Part shown: positions 27,947-38,335 of the stretch, in pieces
How positions within the stretch are numbered: the stretch's first letter is position 1
Layout of the letters: the number at the start of each line of letters is the position of its first letter
From: Thermodesulfobacteriota bacterium
Lineage (GTDB): Bacteria; Desulfobacterota; Desulfarculia; JACQYL01
Length of the DNA: 64,000 bases
Assembly: GCA_963675595.2 (NCBI GenBank)
Contig: CAXXLZ010000002.1
Span: 1,568,001-1,632,000 of the forward strand
Reading direction: 5' to 3'
Made by a program: the position numbers and the translations under genes
Notes under the pieces: generated by a model
Told to the model about the DNA's origin: nothing
Seen by the model: the letters and a program-made list of their open reading frames with translations, nothing else
The model's database searches: none

Positions 27947-29379
27947 ATGCTCAAAGGAGAGCCGTTCATGCAGGGCTCGGAAGAAGGTTGCTTCATCCCC
28001 ATCATGGAATCCGCCCGGCCGTGTCGAGCGTGACCAGAGCCTTCCTCGGCGGAGCGAAGCTCTTGATGTCCGGCTTTTCTAGCCTGGAGTACCGATGGCG
28101 CGTATCCCCGACGCAAAATCTGCGAGAGGCGGGCGAACAACCCCGAAGCAATTTGATTCATATCCCGTTCCGCCAGGATGTAAGCCCTTGCCGCCCGACC
28201 CATTCGTTCCGCCATGTGCGGGTCCTCCAGTACCGATTCCATAGCGGATGCGAGAGCCCGCACATTCCCTTCCGGAACCGGCCAACCGTTTTCTCCCGGC
28301 CGTACAACTTCACCGCGGGCGGGCCAATCGGTGGTAATGACCGGAGTTCCGCAGCTCATGGCCTGCAGCAAAGCGCTCGGCAAAGGATCGTAGCCGGTGG
28401 AAAAGGCGATAAACGCTCGAGCCCCGGCGAACAAGGCCGGCATTTGCGCCTCGGGAACGTTGTTTGTTATGCGCACGAATTCCGAGAGCCCGAGATCAAG
28501 CACCATCCTACGAATACGCGCCAGGTAGGAGGAATTATCCACGAAACCGACCAAGCTAAGTCTGAAAGGAAACTTTTTTTCCGCAAGGATACGCGCGGCC
28601 GAAACCACGAGGTGGAAGCCCTTCTCTGGTGAGAATCGTCCAACGGTGAGAAATTCCGGCACCTCCTCGATGCGTTCCACGGGCCGATAGAGGCTCGTGT
28701 CGACTCCATTGGGAAAAACGGCCGGCTGCGAGTCGAGATGAAAGAAGGCTTCCGTCATTCGAGCGTCGTTGAGGCAATTGGGGGCCACAAGCCGGGCGTT
28801 ACGCAGATTCCATTGCAGCAAAGGGCGACTGACGAGTTGGATGAAGCACTTGCGCAGGAAATTTCGCACACCGGTATTTAGATTCTTGAGATACCCGACG
28901 TTCAACCCTGGGACCAGATAGCCGTAGGAGACGTTTCGCCGGTTGATGAGGGGAAGTTCCCACACAAGAGGTGAGAGGCTGATCGCCCAATCGAAGGCGC
29001 GGGTCTTCAGCAGATTCTCCACAAGAGCGTAACGCCGGAGACTAAGACTGATACCTCGACGGTGGCCTCCAATGTGTGTCATGCTGAAGTAGCGATGGAC
29101 GTGCACCCCGTGGATTCGTTGCTCCGAAGGTTGGTCTTGGGTCTTTCGGGAGACCACGTGCACCTCGGCCCCTGCTCGAACCAACGCCCGGGACAGGTAG
29201 AGCGGAAAATACTGTCCACCGCAGAACAAAGGTTCGTCGTTCGACGCGGGATACGGATAGGCGCAAACGATCAGAAGCCGCAAGGGAACATCCTCCACGG
29301 ACCCGGCGTGTCTCGTTCCCCGGAGGCCTCCATCAAGTCCCGGTACAGATTCGTATATCGATCCACCACCTGTTCCCAA
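27943..29379 (-). CDS. Glycosyltransferase family 4
   Basis: PNGVD, VGRFSPEKG, AMSCGTPVI; Ex7E degenerate to DPLPSALLQ; real start probably near 29298. Confidence 0.88.
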   Translation of the reverse strand: MGTGGGSIYESVPGLDGGLRGTRHAGSVEDVPLRLLIVCAYPYPASNDEPLFCGGQYFPLYLSRALVRAGAEVHVVSRKTQDQPSEQRIHGVHVHRYFSMTHIGGHRRGISLSLRRYALVENLLKTRAFDWAISLSPLVWELPLINRRNVSYGYLVPGLNVGYLKNLNTGVRNFLRKCFIQLVSRPLLQWNLRNARLVAPNCLNDARMTEAFFHLDSQPAVFPNGVDTSLYRPVERIEEVPEFLTVGRFSPEKGFHLVVSAARILAEKKFPFRLSLVGFVDNSSYLARIRRMVLDLGLSEFVRITNNVPEAQMPALFAGARAFIAFSTGYDPLPSALLQAMSCGTPVITTDWPARGEVVRPGENGWPVPEGNVRALASAMESVLEDPHMAERMGRAARAYILAERDMNQIASGLFARLSQILRRGYAPSVLQARKAGHQELRSAEEGSGHARHGRADSMMGMKQPSSEPCMNGSPLSI

Positions 29380-30527
29380 CCGTATTCCCTGCGGACGCTT
29401 TCCACCGCGTTGCGTGAAACGCTCAATTGAACTTCCAGTCGCATTAGAACTTCGTCGACAGCTTCGGCCATGAGGTCCGGTCGATCTACGGGCGTCAAGA
29501 AACCGTTTTCGCCGTGTCTGATCAGGCGGCTCAGGTCCCCGGACTTAGCCGCGAAGACCGGTCGGCCGCAGGCCATGGACTCCGTGACCACACTGGACAC
29601 GCCTCCGATTTTTCGAAACGGAAAAACGCACAGGTCGGCTTTGGCGATCTCCCCGGCCAGGTCTTCATGGGCCATGGGCGGTAAGAATTCCACGGGAAGT
29701 CGTTTTTCCTCGGCTCGTGCTTTCATGGCCTGCAGCAAGGGTCCGTCACCCACCACGCGGGGCCGCAAAGACCTGCCTCGATCCCGAAGCGCCTCCAGGA
29801 TTTCAAGCAATTGGAGGGGACCGTTGGCCTCCGTGATGCGCCCGAAATACAACAAGCGGCTGGGGCGGCCGTTGCCCGTGGGAAGGCTTTCCACCTCGGG
29901 TTCCGGGGGTCTGAAAAGGGAGGTATCGACTCCCACGGGAATCACGTGAATTTTACGTGAAGGAATTTCGGCCCCGATGAGCTCGTCTCTTAAGTCCGAA
30001 CCGTTGACGATGACCGCATCGGCCGCTCTGAAAGCGAGCCGGGCCGGCCATTGAAAGAAGATGCCTTTGGTACGGTCGTATTTGTCTTCCACTTCACGAC
30101 GGCTCTCACCGTTTCGAAAGAGATTGCCTCCGAATCGGATCACCAGCTTATGGTTTCCCCCCAGGCGGCACCACGCGCCCACCAGGGCCGAGGAATGCAG
30201 GTCCGTATGGATGATTTCCGCCTTCTTAATTGCATGGGCCGCCCGTGTACTCAGGAACAGCGTGGTCAAACGCTCCCTGATGATTGCCGGAGTGACACGG
30301 TTGAAATCAACGGGAAAACGATCATAGGTTCGTATGGGATGGACGGGATAGGAGAAGCCTTTCCTGGACAGCCCTCTTTCCCAGATGAGGGGAAAGACGC
30401 GAGGTTTCCATTCGGGTCGCCGAGACAGATGATCCACTAGAGCCCTGTTTTGGATGGGTCCGCCCCCGAGCTTGGGATAGAAGTTGTCGAAAATGAAGCT
30501 GATTTCAGTTGTGTTGCAGTCTCGCAT
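29271..30527 (-). CDS. Glycosyltransferase family 4
   Basis: FYPKLGG, IPVGVD, FGRI, VGDGP, ESMACGRPV. Confidence 0.9.
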   Translation of the reverse strand: MRDCNTTEISFIFDNFYPKLGGGPIQNRALVDHLSRRPEWKPRVFPLIWERGLSRKGFSYPVHPIRTYDRFPVDFNRVTPAIIRERLTTLFLSTRAAHAIKKAEIIHTDLHSSALVGAWCRLGGNHKLVIRFGGNLFRNGESRREVEDKYDRTKGIFFQWPARLAFRAADAVIVNGSDLRDELIGAEIPSRKIHVIPVGVDTSLFRPPEPEVESLPTGNGRPSRLLYFGRITEANGPLQLLEILEALRDRGRSLRPRVVGDGPLLQAMKARAEEKRLPVEFLPPMAHEDLAGEIAKADLCVFPFRKIGGVSSVVTESMACGRPVFAAKSGDLSRLIRHGENGFLTPVDRPDLMAEAVDEVLMRLEVQLSVSRNAVESVRREYGWEQVVDRYTNLYRDLMEASGERDTPGPWRMFPCGF

Positions 30528-31905
30528 ACCAATGATAAACCGCTTTTTTCACAGATGAGGGCACCAGGTGACGGACGGCGCCGTAACCTTCCGACAAGAC
30601 ATCGAATGTAAGCGCTTCCAGGGCCTTACGGCTCGATTGTCTCAGAAGCGTCCGATACCGGAACAGGAGACGATTGAACCGGATACGTCGGGACGACATG
30701 TGAGGGTAGCGCATGATGGAAACAAAACGGTGCGAACGCGGCAGGGTTCGATTCTTTATCCAGCCGTGTTCAAGGGAGTCTTTGTAGAGTTTTGTCCCAG
30801 GATAGGGTTGAAAGGTCGATACCTGTATGAAGTCCGGCTTTGCTCGTTGATTCAAGGCCACGGTGGCGGCGTAATCCGCCTCGGTCTCCGTGGGCACTCC
30901 CGTCATGTTGAAGGCATAGGTTCGGATACCGGCCTCCGCGGCCAGATGGAAGGCACGGATGATGCGCGCATCGGACACCTTGCGCCCCATGATTTCCCGG
31001 CGGATGCGGGGGGACCCTGATTCGATGCCCATTTGCAGTTCCACGCAGCCTGCGGCCTTCAAGGCCCGGATCACGCGAGGTGAAACCATCTCCGGGCGTG
31101 CGTTGCACACGAAAGGCAGTCCGATACGTCGAGGATAGGCTTCGGCGAATTCTTCAAGCCAGGGGATGGAAACGGCGAACAGGTCATTGACGAATTCTAC
31201 GCTTCGGACATCATGGTTCGCCCGGACCGATTCGATTTCGTCCAGAATGGCATCAACCGTCCGCATACGCACGTACGACCCGGTTCCGCTGTAAAACCCA
31301 TGCATGAAATGGTTGATGCAGTAGTTGCACCCGAAGGGGCAGCCTCGTCCCGACAACACGTCGAGACGCCCGTCGCGCGCGTTGAGGTATCGGTCCAGAT
31401 CGAACAGTTCCCGGTCGGGCAAAGGAATGGAATCGAGCCGTTTCGCCAAGGGCGCCGGAGCATTCAGCACGATTTCGTCGCGCCGTGTGTACCCGATGCC
31501 CGGCACTTGATGGATTTCGCCGTGACCGAAGGCATTGCAGAATTCCACGATGGTATGTTCGCCTTCTCCACGGCCGATGAAATCGACTCCGGGCCATCGG
31601 AGGACCTCCTGAGGCGCCACCGTGGCATGGACTCCTCCCACCAGCACGGGAAGATGGAACTTTTCCTTTGCACGACGTACCCATGCCTTGGCTCTAGTCG
31701 CTTCCGGACTTCGTATGGAGAAAGCGAGCAAATCCGGTTGTTCGGCCCTCACGCAATCTTCAAAGGCTTTTCGCCCGGGATCGAAGGTCCCGTCGAAAAG
31801 CGCGGTGCGGTGTCCTGCTTTCTTGAGAGCGGCGGACAAGTAGGCCACTCCCAAAGGGATGTATTCCTGATGGGTCGCGTTGAGATATACGAACAGCACC
31901 TTCAT
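30505..31905 (-). CDS. B12-binding radical SAM protein
   Basis: PLGVAYLSA, GGVHAT, GEGE, GRGCPFGCNYC, GIESGS; ATG at 31905 overlaps the upstream TGA. Confidence 0.92.
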   Translation of the reverse strand: MKVLFVYLNATHQEYIPLGVAYLSAALKKAGHRTALFDGTFDPGRKAFEDCVRAEQPDLLAFSIRSPEATRAKAWVRRAKEKFHLPVLVGGVHATVAPQEVLRWPGVDFIGRGEGEHTIVEFCNAFGHGEIHQVPGIGYTRRDEIVLNAPAPLAKRLDSIPLPDRELFDLDRYLNARDGRLDVLSGRGCPFGCNYCINHFMHGFYSGTGSYVRMRTVDAILDEIESVRANHDVRSVEFVNDLFAVSIPWLEEFAEAYPRRIGLPFVCNARPEMVSPRVIRALKAAGCVELQMGIESGSPRIRREIMGRKVSDARIIRAFHLAAEAGIRTYAFNMTGVPTETEADYAATVALNQRAKPDFIQVSTFQPYPGTKLYKDSLEHGWIKNRTLPRSHRFVSIMRYPHMSSRRIRFNRLLFRYRTLLRQSSRKALEALTFDVLSEGYGAVRHLVPSSVKKAVYHWYARLQHN

Positions 31906-32804
31906 GCGCGTACGGCTTCCACGTAAATGTTCCGAGGTATTCCTCGGGCTGGTGAACGACGGATTTGGGTGACGGTGAAACCATTCCGTTTCAGCGTGCG
32001 ACAAAGGGACTTGGGGGTATTGAAGGCGGACAGTAGTTCACTCGCCGAAAATTTCTTCAAGTAATAAGGAAGCCTGTAACCGGTGAAGGTCTGCAACAGG
32101 CCGTTCAGACTCACCAAAGCCGCATAGGCCAGTTGCGGCCAATGCTTTCGCTGCAAAGCGTCGCGAGCGGCCCGTAGAAAATACCCCGGTCCCAAAGTGG
32201 TAAGGAACAAACGGCCCCCACGCGCGGAAACGCGGGCCAGCTCTTTTAACGTGCGCCCGTTTTCCACGTAAGGGAGCACCCCCCGGAGAAGCACCACGTG
32301 CGCGGACAGCGATTCCAGCGGCAGCGATTCGCATTTTGCCTGAATGAACAGGGCTTCTCTCCCGTTACACAGGGTGCGTCCCAGCCTCAACAGCGGCAGC
32401 TGCAGGTCTACGCCGATAGCCATGAGAGCGCCGGAATCGGCCGCGGCATCTACATAGGAGCCCCCACCGCATCCCACGTCCAGGAAGACCTTGTCCTTCA
32501 CCAGCCCCGCATCCGGAGCCGGGACGTCCGGCCCTCCATGACGGGGATTTCCCTTCCGTTGCCGAAATTCGTGAAGTTCGAGCACACCGTATCCCACCGC
32601 CTTGCCGGTTCCCGTCAATCGCAGACCTCCCGCATGCTTTTCGACCAGGCTGCAGGAACGCATTTCCGAGACCGCCCTTTCAGGAATCCGATCCGGGGGT
32701 ATGCAGGCCGAGCGGCTCCGATAAGCGCGGCCGTATTCCAGGAACAGCTCCATCATGAGCGTTCGATTGGCCGGGTCCGTCAGGAATGCGGAGAGTCGTT
32801 CCAT
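31902..32804 (-). CDS. Class I SAM-dependent methyltransferase
   Basis: FLDVGCGGG, GVD, ESLPL, ELARV..GG; start at MERLSAFL. Confidence 0.85.
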   Translation of the reverse strand: MERLSAFLTDPANRTLMMELFLEYGRAYRSRSACIPPDRIPERAVSEMRSCSLVEKHAGGLRLTGTGKAVGYGVLELHEFRQRKGNPRHGGPDVPAPDAGLVKDKVFLDVGCGGGSYVDAAADSGALMAIGVDLQLPLLRLGRTLCNGREALFIQAKCESLPLESLSAHVVLLRGVLPYVENGRTLKELARVSARGGRLFLTTLGPGYFLRAARDALQRKHWPQLAYAALVSLNGLLQTFTGYRLPYYLKKFSASELLSAFNTPKSLCRTLKRNGFTVTQIRRSPARGIPRNIYVEAVRA

Positions 32805-33607
32805 GAATTCCAGATTTCCGCGGCCTGCGACAGGGTGACGAAGCGGGCGTCGGGCAGACTGCGGAAGAGCCTTATGATTTCGGTATAATACGCGAGTACA
32901 AATGGATTGGGCCGACCCAGGAGGACGAAGTTGTAGGGATGCACCAATGTAGTGATAAAATAGGGCACTCTGTCCGGTTTCATCCGATTGAAATCGGGAA
33001 AGGGTTCCCACACCGGAAACTCCAGGCAGGTTTCCGACAGGTTCAGGACGGACCGTCCGCCCTGTTGCTTCCCGTCGTCCATGAACCAACGACCCACTCG
33101 GTACCGGCGACCGTACGTGGACGACGAATCGAACCGGAAACCCGACTTATCGACGGCATTCAGTATGGCGGGCGTATGCAGCAGGCGGCCGGATCGAAAC
33201 CCCTGTGTTCTTTTCCCGAGCACATCCTCCAACCATTCTTTGTCGGCGGCAATTTCACGCCCGACCAGCGCCTCGGAATCCGCATCGAAGGATTCCAGGT
33301 GACAGTGAAGGCCCACTTCGTATCCCATTTCGCACAAGTGAACCGGCAGGTCCGGAGAACGCCGGACCATAGGCTCCCGACAATTCACAAACCAAGTGAC
33401 TTTGCCGGCAAGGCCCCGGCAATCATACAGTCGGAGAAGCTGAGGAATGCCCCATTCGAAGGCGTTTCGGCGGCCGTGGGCGTCCAGATCCACGGTCAGG
33501 CAAATGTAGATCGGCTTGCCAAGCTCCCACAACCGATGCCGCGATCCAAGGAACCTACCAAATCCCGCCGCATGGCGCAGGATTCGGACAAGCAGGCCCG
33601 CAATCAC
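32780..33607 (-). CDS. Polysaccharide deacetylase-family protein
   Basis: LTVDLD, TWFV, YEVGLHCH, GFRSG, FDSS, HPY motifs of the CE4/NodB-like fold. Confidence 0.8.
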   Translation of the reverse strand: MIAGLLVRILRHAAGFGRFLGSRHRLWELGKPIYICLTVDLDAHGRRNAFEWGIPQLLRLYDCRGLAGKVTWFVNCREPMVRRSPDLPVHLCEMGYEVGLHCHLESFDADSEALVGREIAADKEWLEDVLGKRTQGFRSGRLLHTPAILNAVDKSGFRFDSSSTYGRRYRVGRWFMDDGKQQGGRSVLNLSETCLEFPVWEPFPDFNRMKPDRVPYFITTLVHPYNFVLLGRPNPFVLAYYTEIIRLFRSLPDARFVTLSQAAEIWNSWNDSPHS

Positions 33608-34920
33608 CTGGAGACTCCGACGCTCCCATCGATTCGGTTCGTAGGAGGCTCCACTGGAGGAGAAGCGGACAAGTAGGTTTCTTCCACGGAGCCGGCGGAC
33701 GCGGGTGATCCTTCCGAGGATTGTTCGGAGAACAGCCGCTCGTAAATGTCGGCATAACGTGAGGCTATGGACGGCCAGGAATAATCCCCGCCGGCGGCGA
33801 GGGCATATCGACTCATACGGGCCAAGTTGTCGGACTCGTAGAGTTCTTCCATGGCCATAGCGAGGTGTTCCGGATTCGAATGAGGAAACAAAAGGCCGTT
33901 TCGTCCATGTTCGACGATTTCGCCGATTCCCCCCACGTTGGAGGCCAATACGGGCTTGCCCGCGGCCATGGCCTCCAGAATGACCACCGGCGTCCCCTCG
34001 GTTTCACCCCGTTTGGTAATGATGGACGGAACGACCACGGCATCCGCGTCCTTCATGTACGGCGGAATATCGCCGTTCTTGACCCGGCCCGAGAATGCAA
34101 CGACTTCCGCAATTAGATTCAGCTCCCGTGCCGACGCCTCCAGGCGCTCCCGTTCAGGGCCGTCTCCAATGACGGTCAACCGAAGGTTCGGTCGCCGCCT
34201 GCGTGCGAGGGCCATGGCTTTGATCAGGACGTTCACGCCCTTGACTTCGATGAGTTTGCCCACAAACAACAGCTGTTCTTTTATGGCGCCCGCCTCTCGC
34301 GTCGATGCGTCATAGAAACGGTCGGAAACCCCCATGGGAAAGACGGACGTCTTGCGGGCATTCTCGGGCGCCATTTGCAGCAACATGGATTTCAGATATT
34401 GATTCACCAAGACCACGTGATCCGCTCGCCGCGTAATATAGCGGGTGAGGGCCGCCCCTCCGGTGAACCGCCTCAAGGTATGAAGATCGGATGAATGAAT
34501 GGTGAGTACTTGAGGCGTTCCATTCCTCAAAGCCCACCCGGCGCACAACCCCTGAGGAATCGCCCAATGGGAATGCACAAGGTCCGGCCGCTCCTCCCGT
34601 AGAAGCCTCTTCACGAATCGCGCTTCCGCGAGAAAGAGAAAAGGGACCTGAATCTTCGCCAAGAAACTCTTCCGGATGTTGGGCAGAATGCCCACACCGT
34701 CGCACAGTCGCTGGGCTTTCAGAGGAAGGAAATAAGGAAAGCGCCGTACCCGAATCGGACCCAACCGCTCTTCGAAGTTGGCCGTGTGGTCATGGGGCGC
34801 CCCCACCACGATCTCGTACCTTTGGGCGAGCTCCCTGCACAATTCATAAATGAACCCCGCCGGGAGAGTATCTCCCGGAAACCTGGGAAACGTCGATGTG
34901 AGGACCAGAATCTTCTTCAT
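33604..34920 (-). CDS. Glycosyltransferase family 4
   Basis: LTSTFPR, HSHWAIPQG, PMGV, VGKLIEVKG, EGTPVVILEAMAAG. Confidence 0.93.
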   Translation of the reverse strand: MKKILVLTSTFPRFPGDTLPAGFIYELCRELAQRYEIVVGAPHDHTANFEERLGPIRVRRFPYFLPLKAQRLCDGVGILPNIRKSFLAKIQVPFLFLAEARFVKRLLREERPDLVHSHWAIPQGLCAGWALRNGTPQVLTIHSSDLHTLRRFTGGAALTRYITRRADHVVLVNQYLKSMLLQMAPENARKTSVFPMGVSDRFYDASTREAGAIKEQLLFVGKLIEVKGVNVLIKAMALARRRRPNLRLTVIGDGPERERLEASARELNLIAEVVAFSGRVKNGDIPPYMKDADAVVVPSIITKRGETEGTPVVILEAMAAGKPVLASNVGGIGEIVEHGRNGLLFPHSNPEHLAMAMEELYESDNLARMSRYALAAGGDYSWPSIASRYADIYERLFSEQSSEGSPASAGSVEETYLSASPPVEPPTNRIDGSVGVSR

Positions 34921-34987
34921 GTCGGATTAACGCCAGGGAGCGGAACGTCGGAAACCTTAGGGATTTACTCGTTGATGCAACGGGAAA

Positions 34988-36535
34988 TCAAAGATTCTTT
35001 TCCGTCCTTCGCCGGTCCGTGCTCTTGCGGACCTGACGTCTCCTCAGCCCTTGCCAAATCAACAGGCCGGGCCGAGAAAGCAGCATGCGCAAAACCCGCA
35101 CGCTGTAAAGGCGCCACAACAACGGCGTCAGCACCGCACCGAAATATTTCCGGAAAAAGGCTTCCATGACCAGTTGCTCGCCCATCCGAAATGCTCGTTT
35201 GCGCAGTTCCTTGGGGAATTCCGGCGTATCGAATACGGGCTCTTCGTCCCAGCGGTCCAGACGGTTGAGGTAGTCTTCCGGGGTGTGGAAAAACCGGCCG
35301 TGTTCGTGCACCCAATCGAAAAACTCGGTACCGGGATAGGGAAGCGCATTGTAGAAGCGAACTTCCTGAACTCCGCTTCGGCGAGCGAATCGATAGGAGT
35401 CCAGAAATCGCTCGAAGGTGTCCCCCGGCGTGCCGATCATGAAGAAGAGACAGTTATCGATGCCTACCCGGCGCATGATGGAAATGGCCTCTTGGGCCTG
35501 TTCCAGAGTAATGCCCTTCTTCATGGCGCGGAGGTTTTCCCGGTTGGCGGATTCCAGGCCGAATGCGACGAAGCAGCATCCCGATTGTTTCATCTTCCGA
35601 GCCAGGTTCAAGGTCAGACGATCCATGCGGATGCCGTTCCGGCATTCCCAGGAGATGTCCAAACCTCTTTCCACGATGAGGTCACAAATGCGTTCGGCTC
35701 GGGGAATGTCCGCTGAAAAACAGTCGTCGTTGAAAATGAAGTAACGGATGCCGCGTGCCGCCCAAGAAGCGATCTCATCGACCACGTTTTCCGGACTGCG
35801 GGGCCGGAACCGACGCCCGAACAGGGTCTTGACCGCACAATACACGCAGTTGCCGGGACAACCCCGCGACGTGAGAATGGGAATCTTCCGGTCGATGTAT
35901 CGGCCCAGTGGAAACAGATCGTATCGGGGAAAGGGCAAATCGTCCAAAGCCCTTAAAGGAGGCCTGAGAGCATGTTCCACAATGGCTCCGTTCCTGCGGC
36001 TGATCAATCCCTCAATGCGCCCGAAGTCGCGGGCCCCCTTTTCCACGGCGTCGAGAATCTCACACAGTGCGTGTTCGCCTTCGCCCACGACCGCCAAGTC
36101 CGCTGGTGTATCCTCCAGCAACCGTTTTCCGAAAGTGCCCACGTGTGGTCCGCCCACAACCAGCAACGGTCCGGGGTATCGACTTTTTACGTATTCCACC
36201 AGGGCATAGGACTTCTTGTACTGAAGCGTCGTGATGGTAATACCCACCACATCGGGATCATATCGGGACATTTCTCGATCCAGTAATGACAGACGATCAT
36301 TCAGCCTAAGGTCCAATACTCGGACCGAGCTGCGACCGCCTTGCGACACGGCGGCGGCCAGATAGGCGGTTCCCACGTGAGGTTGGCCGGGCTTGAAGTA
36401 CTTGCCCTGAACATTCGGAACAACAAGAAGTGTTTTCAATTCGGAAGATTCCCGCAGGCTTGAGGCCCCGCTTCTGTCAGCGGGCGGACTGGACCTTTGC
36501 GTCTTTTTCGGCGTTCGAAGTCCAGTAGGTTCCAT
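34988..36535 (-). CDS. B12-binding radical SAM protein
   Basis: PHVGTAYLAA, GGPH, GEGE, TSRGCPGNCVYC, GLESA, IGTPGDT. Confidence 0.92.
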   Translation of the reverse strand: MEPTGLRTPKKTQRSSPPADRSGASSLRESSELKTLLVVPNVQGKYFKPGQPHVGTAYLAAAVSQGGRSSVRVLDLRLNDRLSLLDREMSRYDPDVVGITITTLQYKKSYALVEYVKSRYPGPLLVVGGPHVGTFGKRLLEDTPADLAVVGEGEHALCEILDAVEKGARDFGRIEGLISRRNGAIVEHALRPPLRALDDLPFPRYDLFPLGRYIDRKIPILTSRGCPGNCVYCAVKTLFGRRFRPRSPENVVDEIASWAARGIRYFIFNDDCFSADIPRAERICDLIVERGLDISWECRNGIRMDRLTLNLARKMKQSGCCFVAFGLESANRENLRAMKKGITLEQAQEAISIMRRVGIDNCLFFMIGTPGDTFERFLDSYRFARRSGVQEVRFYNALPYPGTEFFDWVHEHGRFFHTPEDYLNRLDRWDEEPVFDTPEFPKELRKRAFRMGEQLVMEAFFRKYFGAVLTPLLWRLYSVRVLRMLLSRPGLLIWQGLRRRQVRKSTDRRRTEKNL

Positions 36536-37559
36536 TGTTGCGTTTCTTCTTGGGCTGCAGGCGAGAAGGCGCCCTTTTTCCGTTCAGCCTCCTTAAGGAT
36601 GAATACTCTTTCGGTTCGGAAGGGCGGGTTTCGAGCTGCCTGACCCGCCGGAGAGTTTCTTCCATGACTCGTTTGTTGGAGGCGTTCATGTCGGCAAGGA
36701 CTCCGACGACAAAAGTGATGACTGCGAGGAAGAAGCATCCCAAACCCGGTATCGTGGTGAGCCGTCCTCCCGTGTCGAACAGAGAAGGCCAGCTCAGCAG
36801 TGCCAACCCCAACGCCATGATAAAGGCGCTCAGATAGGCAAAGGTCTTGAGGGGTTCGTAGAAAAGATAGAGTCTCAGCATGGTGGCGGCGGATTGTTTG
36901 AGGTAATCGAAATTACTCGAAAACAGCCTGGATTCCCGGGTCTTGCCGTTGACGCGGATATTGACGTACGCCACGTTCATGCTCTTCTTGCCGGCGTGGA
37001 TCAGGGTTTCCAGCGTGTGGGAGAACTGGGTGTAGATAAACAGGTTGCCGGCCGCATGTCTGCTGAATGCCCGGAATCCGCTGGTGGCGTCGGGGACCTC
37101 CGTGTTCGAGATGTAACGCACCACGGCCGAACCCACACGCTGGAGTTTCTTTTTCAAGGCTGAAAAGTGTTCGATGGATTCAATGGGACGACATCCGACC
37201 ACGATGTCCGCGTCTTCATGCAGGATGGGATGAATGAGACGCTCGATGTCCGGCGCGAAGTATTGGTTGTCCGCATCAGTGTTGACGATGATGTCCGCCC
37301 CCATGGCCGTTGCGGTTTCCAATCCGGCGGCGAACGCCGCGGCCAACCCTCGATGCGAATTGAATCGGACGATCCGGTCCACGCCCGCCGCCGAAGCCAC
37401 CTCGCTTGTACGATCCGTGCTGCCGTCGTCGATGACAAGTAGTTCCACCTCGTCAATACCCTCAAATGAGCGGGGTATGGCAGCTAGGGATTCGGGCAGG
37501 TGGTGCTCCTCATTGTAACAGGGAATCTGAATGACCAGTTTCATTGGCATTTCCTTCAA
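36477..37559 (-). CDS. Glycosyltransferase family 2, DPM1-like (polyprenol-phosphate sugar synthase type) with C-terminal TM helices
   Basis: IPCYNE, IDDGSTD, TDADNQY, DATSGFR, then two hydrophobic segments. Confidence 0.9.
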   Translation of the reverse strand: MKEMPMKLVIQIPCYNEEHHLPESLAAIPRSFEGIDEVELLVIDDGSTDRTSEVASAAGVDRIVRFNSHRGLAAAFAAGLETATAMGADIIVNTDADNQYFAPDIERLIHPILHEDADIVVGCRPIESIEHFSALKKKLQRVGSAVVRYISNTEVPDATSGFRAFSRHAAGNLFIYTQFSHTLETLIHAGKKSMNVAYVNIRVNGKTRESRLFSSNFDYLKQSAATMLRLYLFYEPLKTFAYLSAFIMALGLALLSWPSLFDTGGRLTTIPGLGCFFLAVITFVVGVLADMNASNKRVMEETLRRVRQLETRPSEPKEYSSLRRLNGKRAPSRLQPKKKRNNGTYWTSNAEKDAKVQSAR

Positions 37560-38304
37560 AGCGTTGCGGACGATCCTGTCCGTTTGCCGACGCCAGGTAG
37601 AACTCGGCCAGCCGAACGTCTTCTTCCGTGTGAATGTCCAAAGATTCTCGGCGGTCGATTTCGCAAATGGTGAACCGTAAGGCTGTCCCTTTTTTTAACC
37701 GGTCGATCAGAGTGAAGCTCACGTCGGGCAGAGCGCGGTACAGCGGGGGATATTCTCGGCGGTCCATGCCTTGTTGATGCCAAATGGGGAAAGGCACTCC
37801 GGTTTCAGGATTGATGATGAACAAATGGGGCTCCACTCGAACGCCCAAACAGATTCGGGACATGGATTCGTCGTTCACCAACTGTCGGACCATGCGCTGG
37901 ATCGAGCTAGGGCGAATCAACACATAGTTGCAGTTCAAGTGAAACAGACCTTTGACCCAAGGCGTGATCTTGGCCTCCTCGACCGCCGCCTCGGGAGCTC
38001 CCAAGTCTCGAAGAATACACTGGTTCTGGTGACGTGAAATCTCGTCGGAGTTGAAGTTGGGGTGGGAGTATTCCACCATGTGTTCGAAACGTGGAATCAC
38101 CTGCCACCCGGCGCCGCGGGTAACGGCAGCCACTTCCTCGTCTTCGGTGAACACGTAAAGGCGATCGATTACCCCGCTCTTTCGCGCGGCGTCCAGAATG
38201 TAATCGATCAACGGTCTCCCGAGGATGGGATAGACGCTTTTCCTGTGCAGAGAACTCCCGTTGCCTCGGGCCCAGATTAAAGCAATGTTCTTTCGTGTAT
38301 CCAT
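37510..38304 (-). CDS. Acylneuraminate (CMP-sugar) cytidylyltransferase-family protein
   Basis: ALIWARGNGSSLHRKS..ILGRPLI, VFTED, SLDIHTEED (NeuA/KdsB-like). Confidence 0.82.
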   Translation of the reverse strand: MDTRKNIALIWARGNGSSLHRKSVYPILGRPLIDYILDAARKSGVIDRLYVFTEDEEVAAVTRGAGWQVIPRFEHMVEYSHPNFNSDEISRHQNQCILRDLGAPEAAVEEAKITPWVKGLFHLNCNYVLIRPSSIQRMVRQLVNDESMSRICLGVRVEPHLFIINPETGVPFPIWHQQGMDRREYPPLYRALPDVSFTLIDRLKKGTALRFTICEIDRRESLDIHTEEDVRLAEFYLASANGQDRPQRFEGNANETGHSDSLLQ

Positions 38305-38335
38305 GTTCGACCTTTGAGTTATGCCGTTGTTGAAA

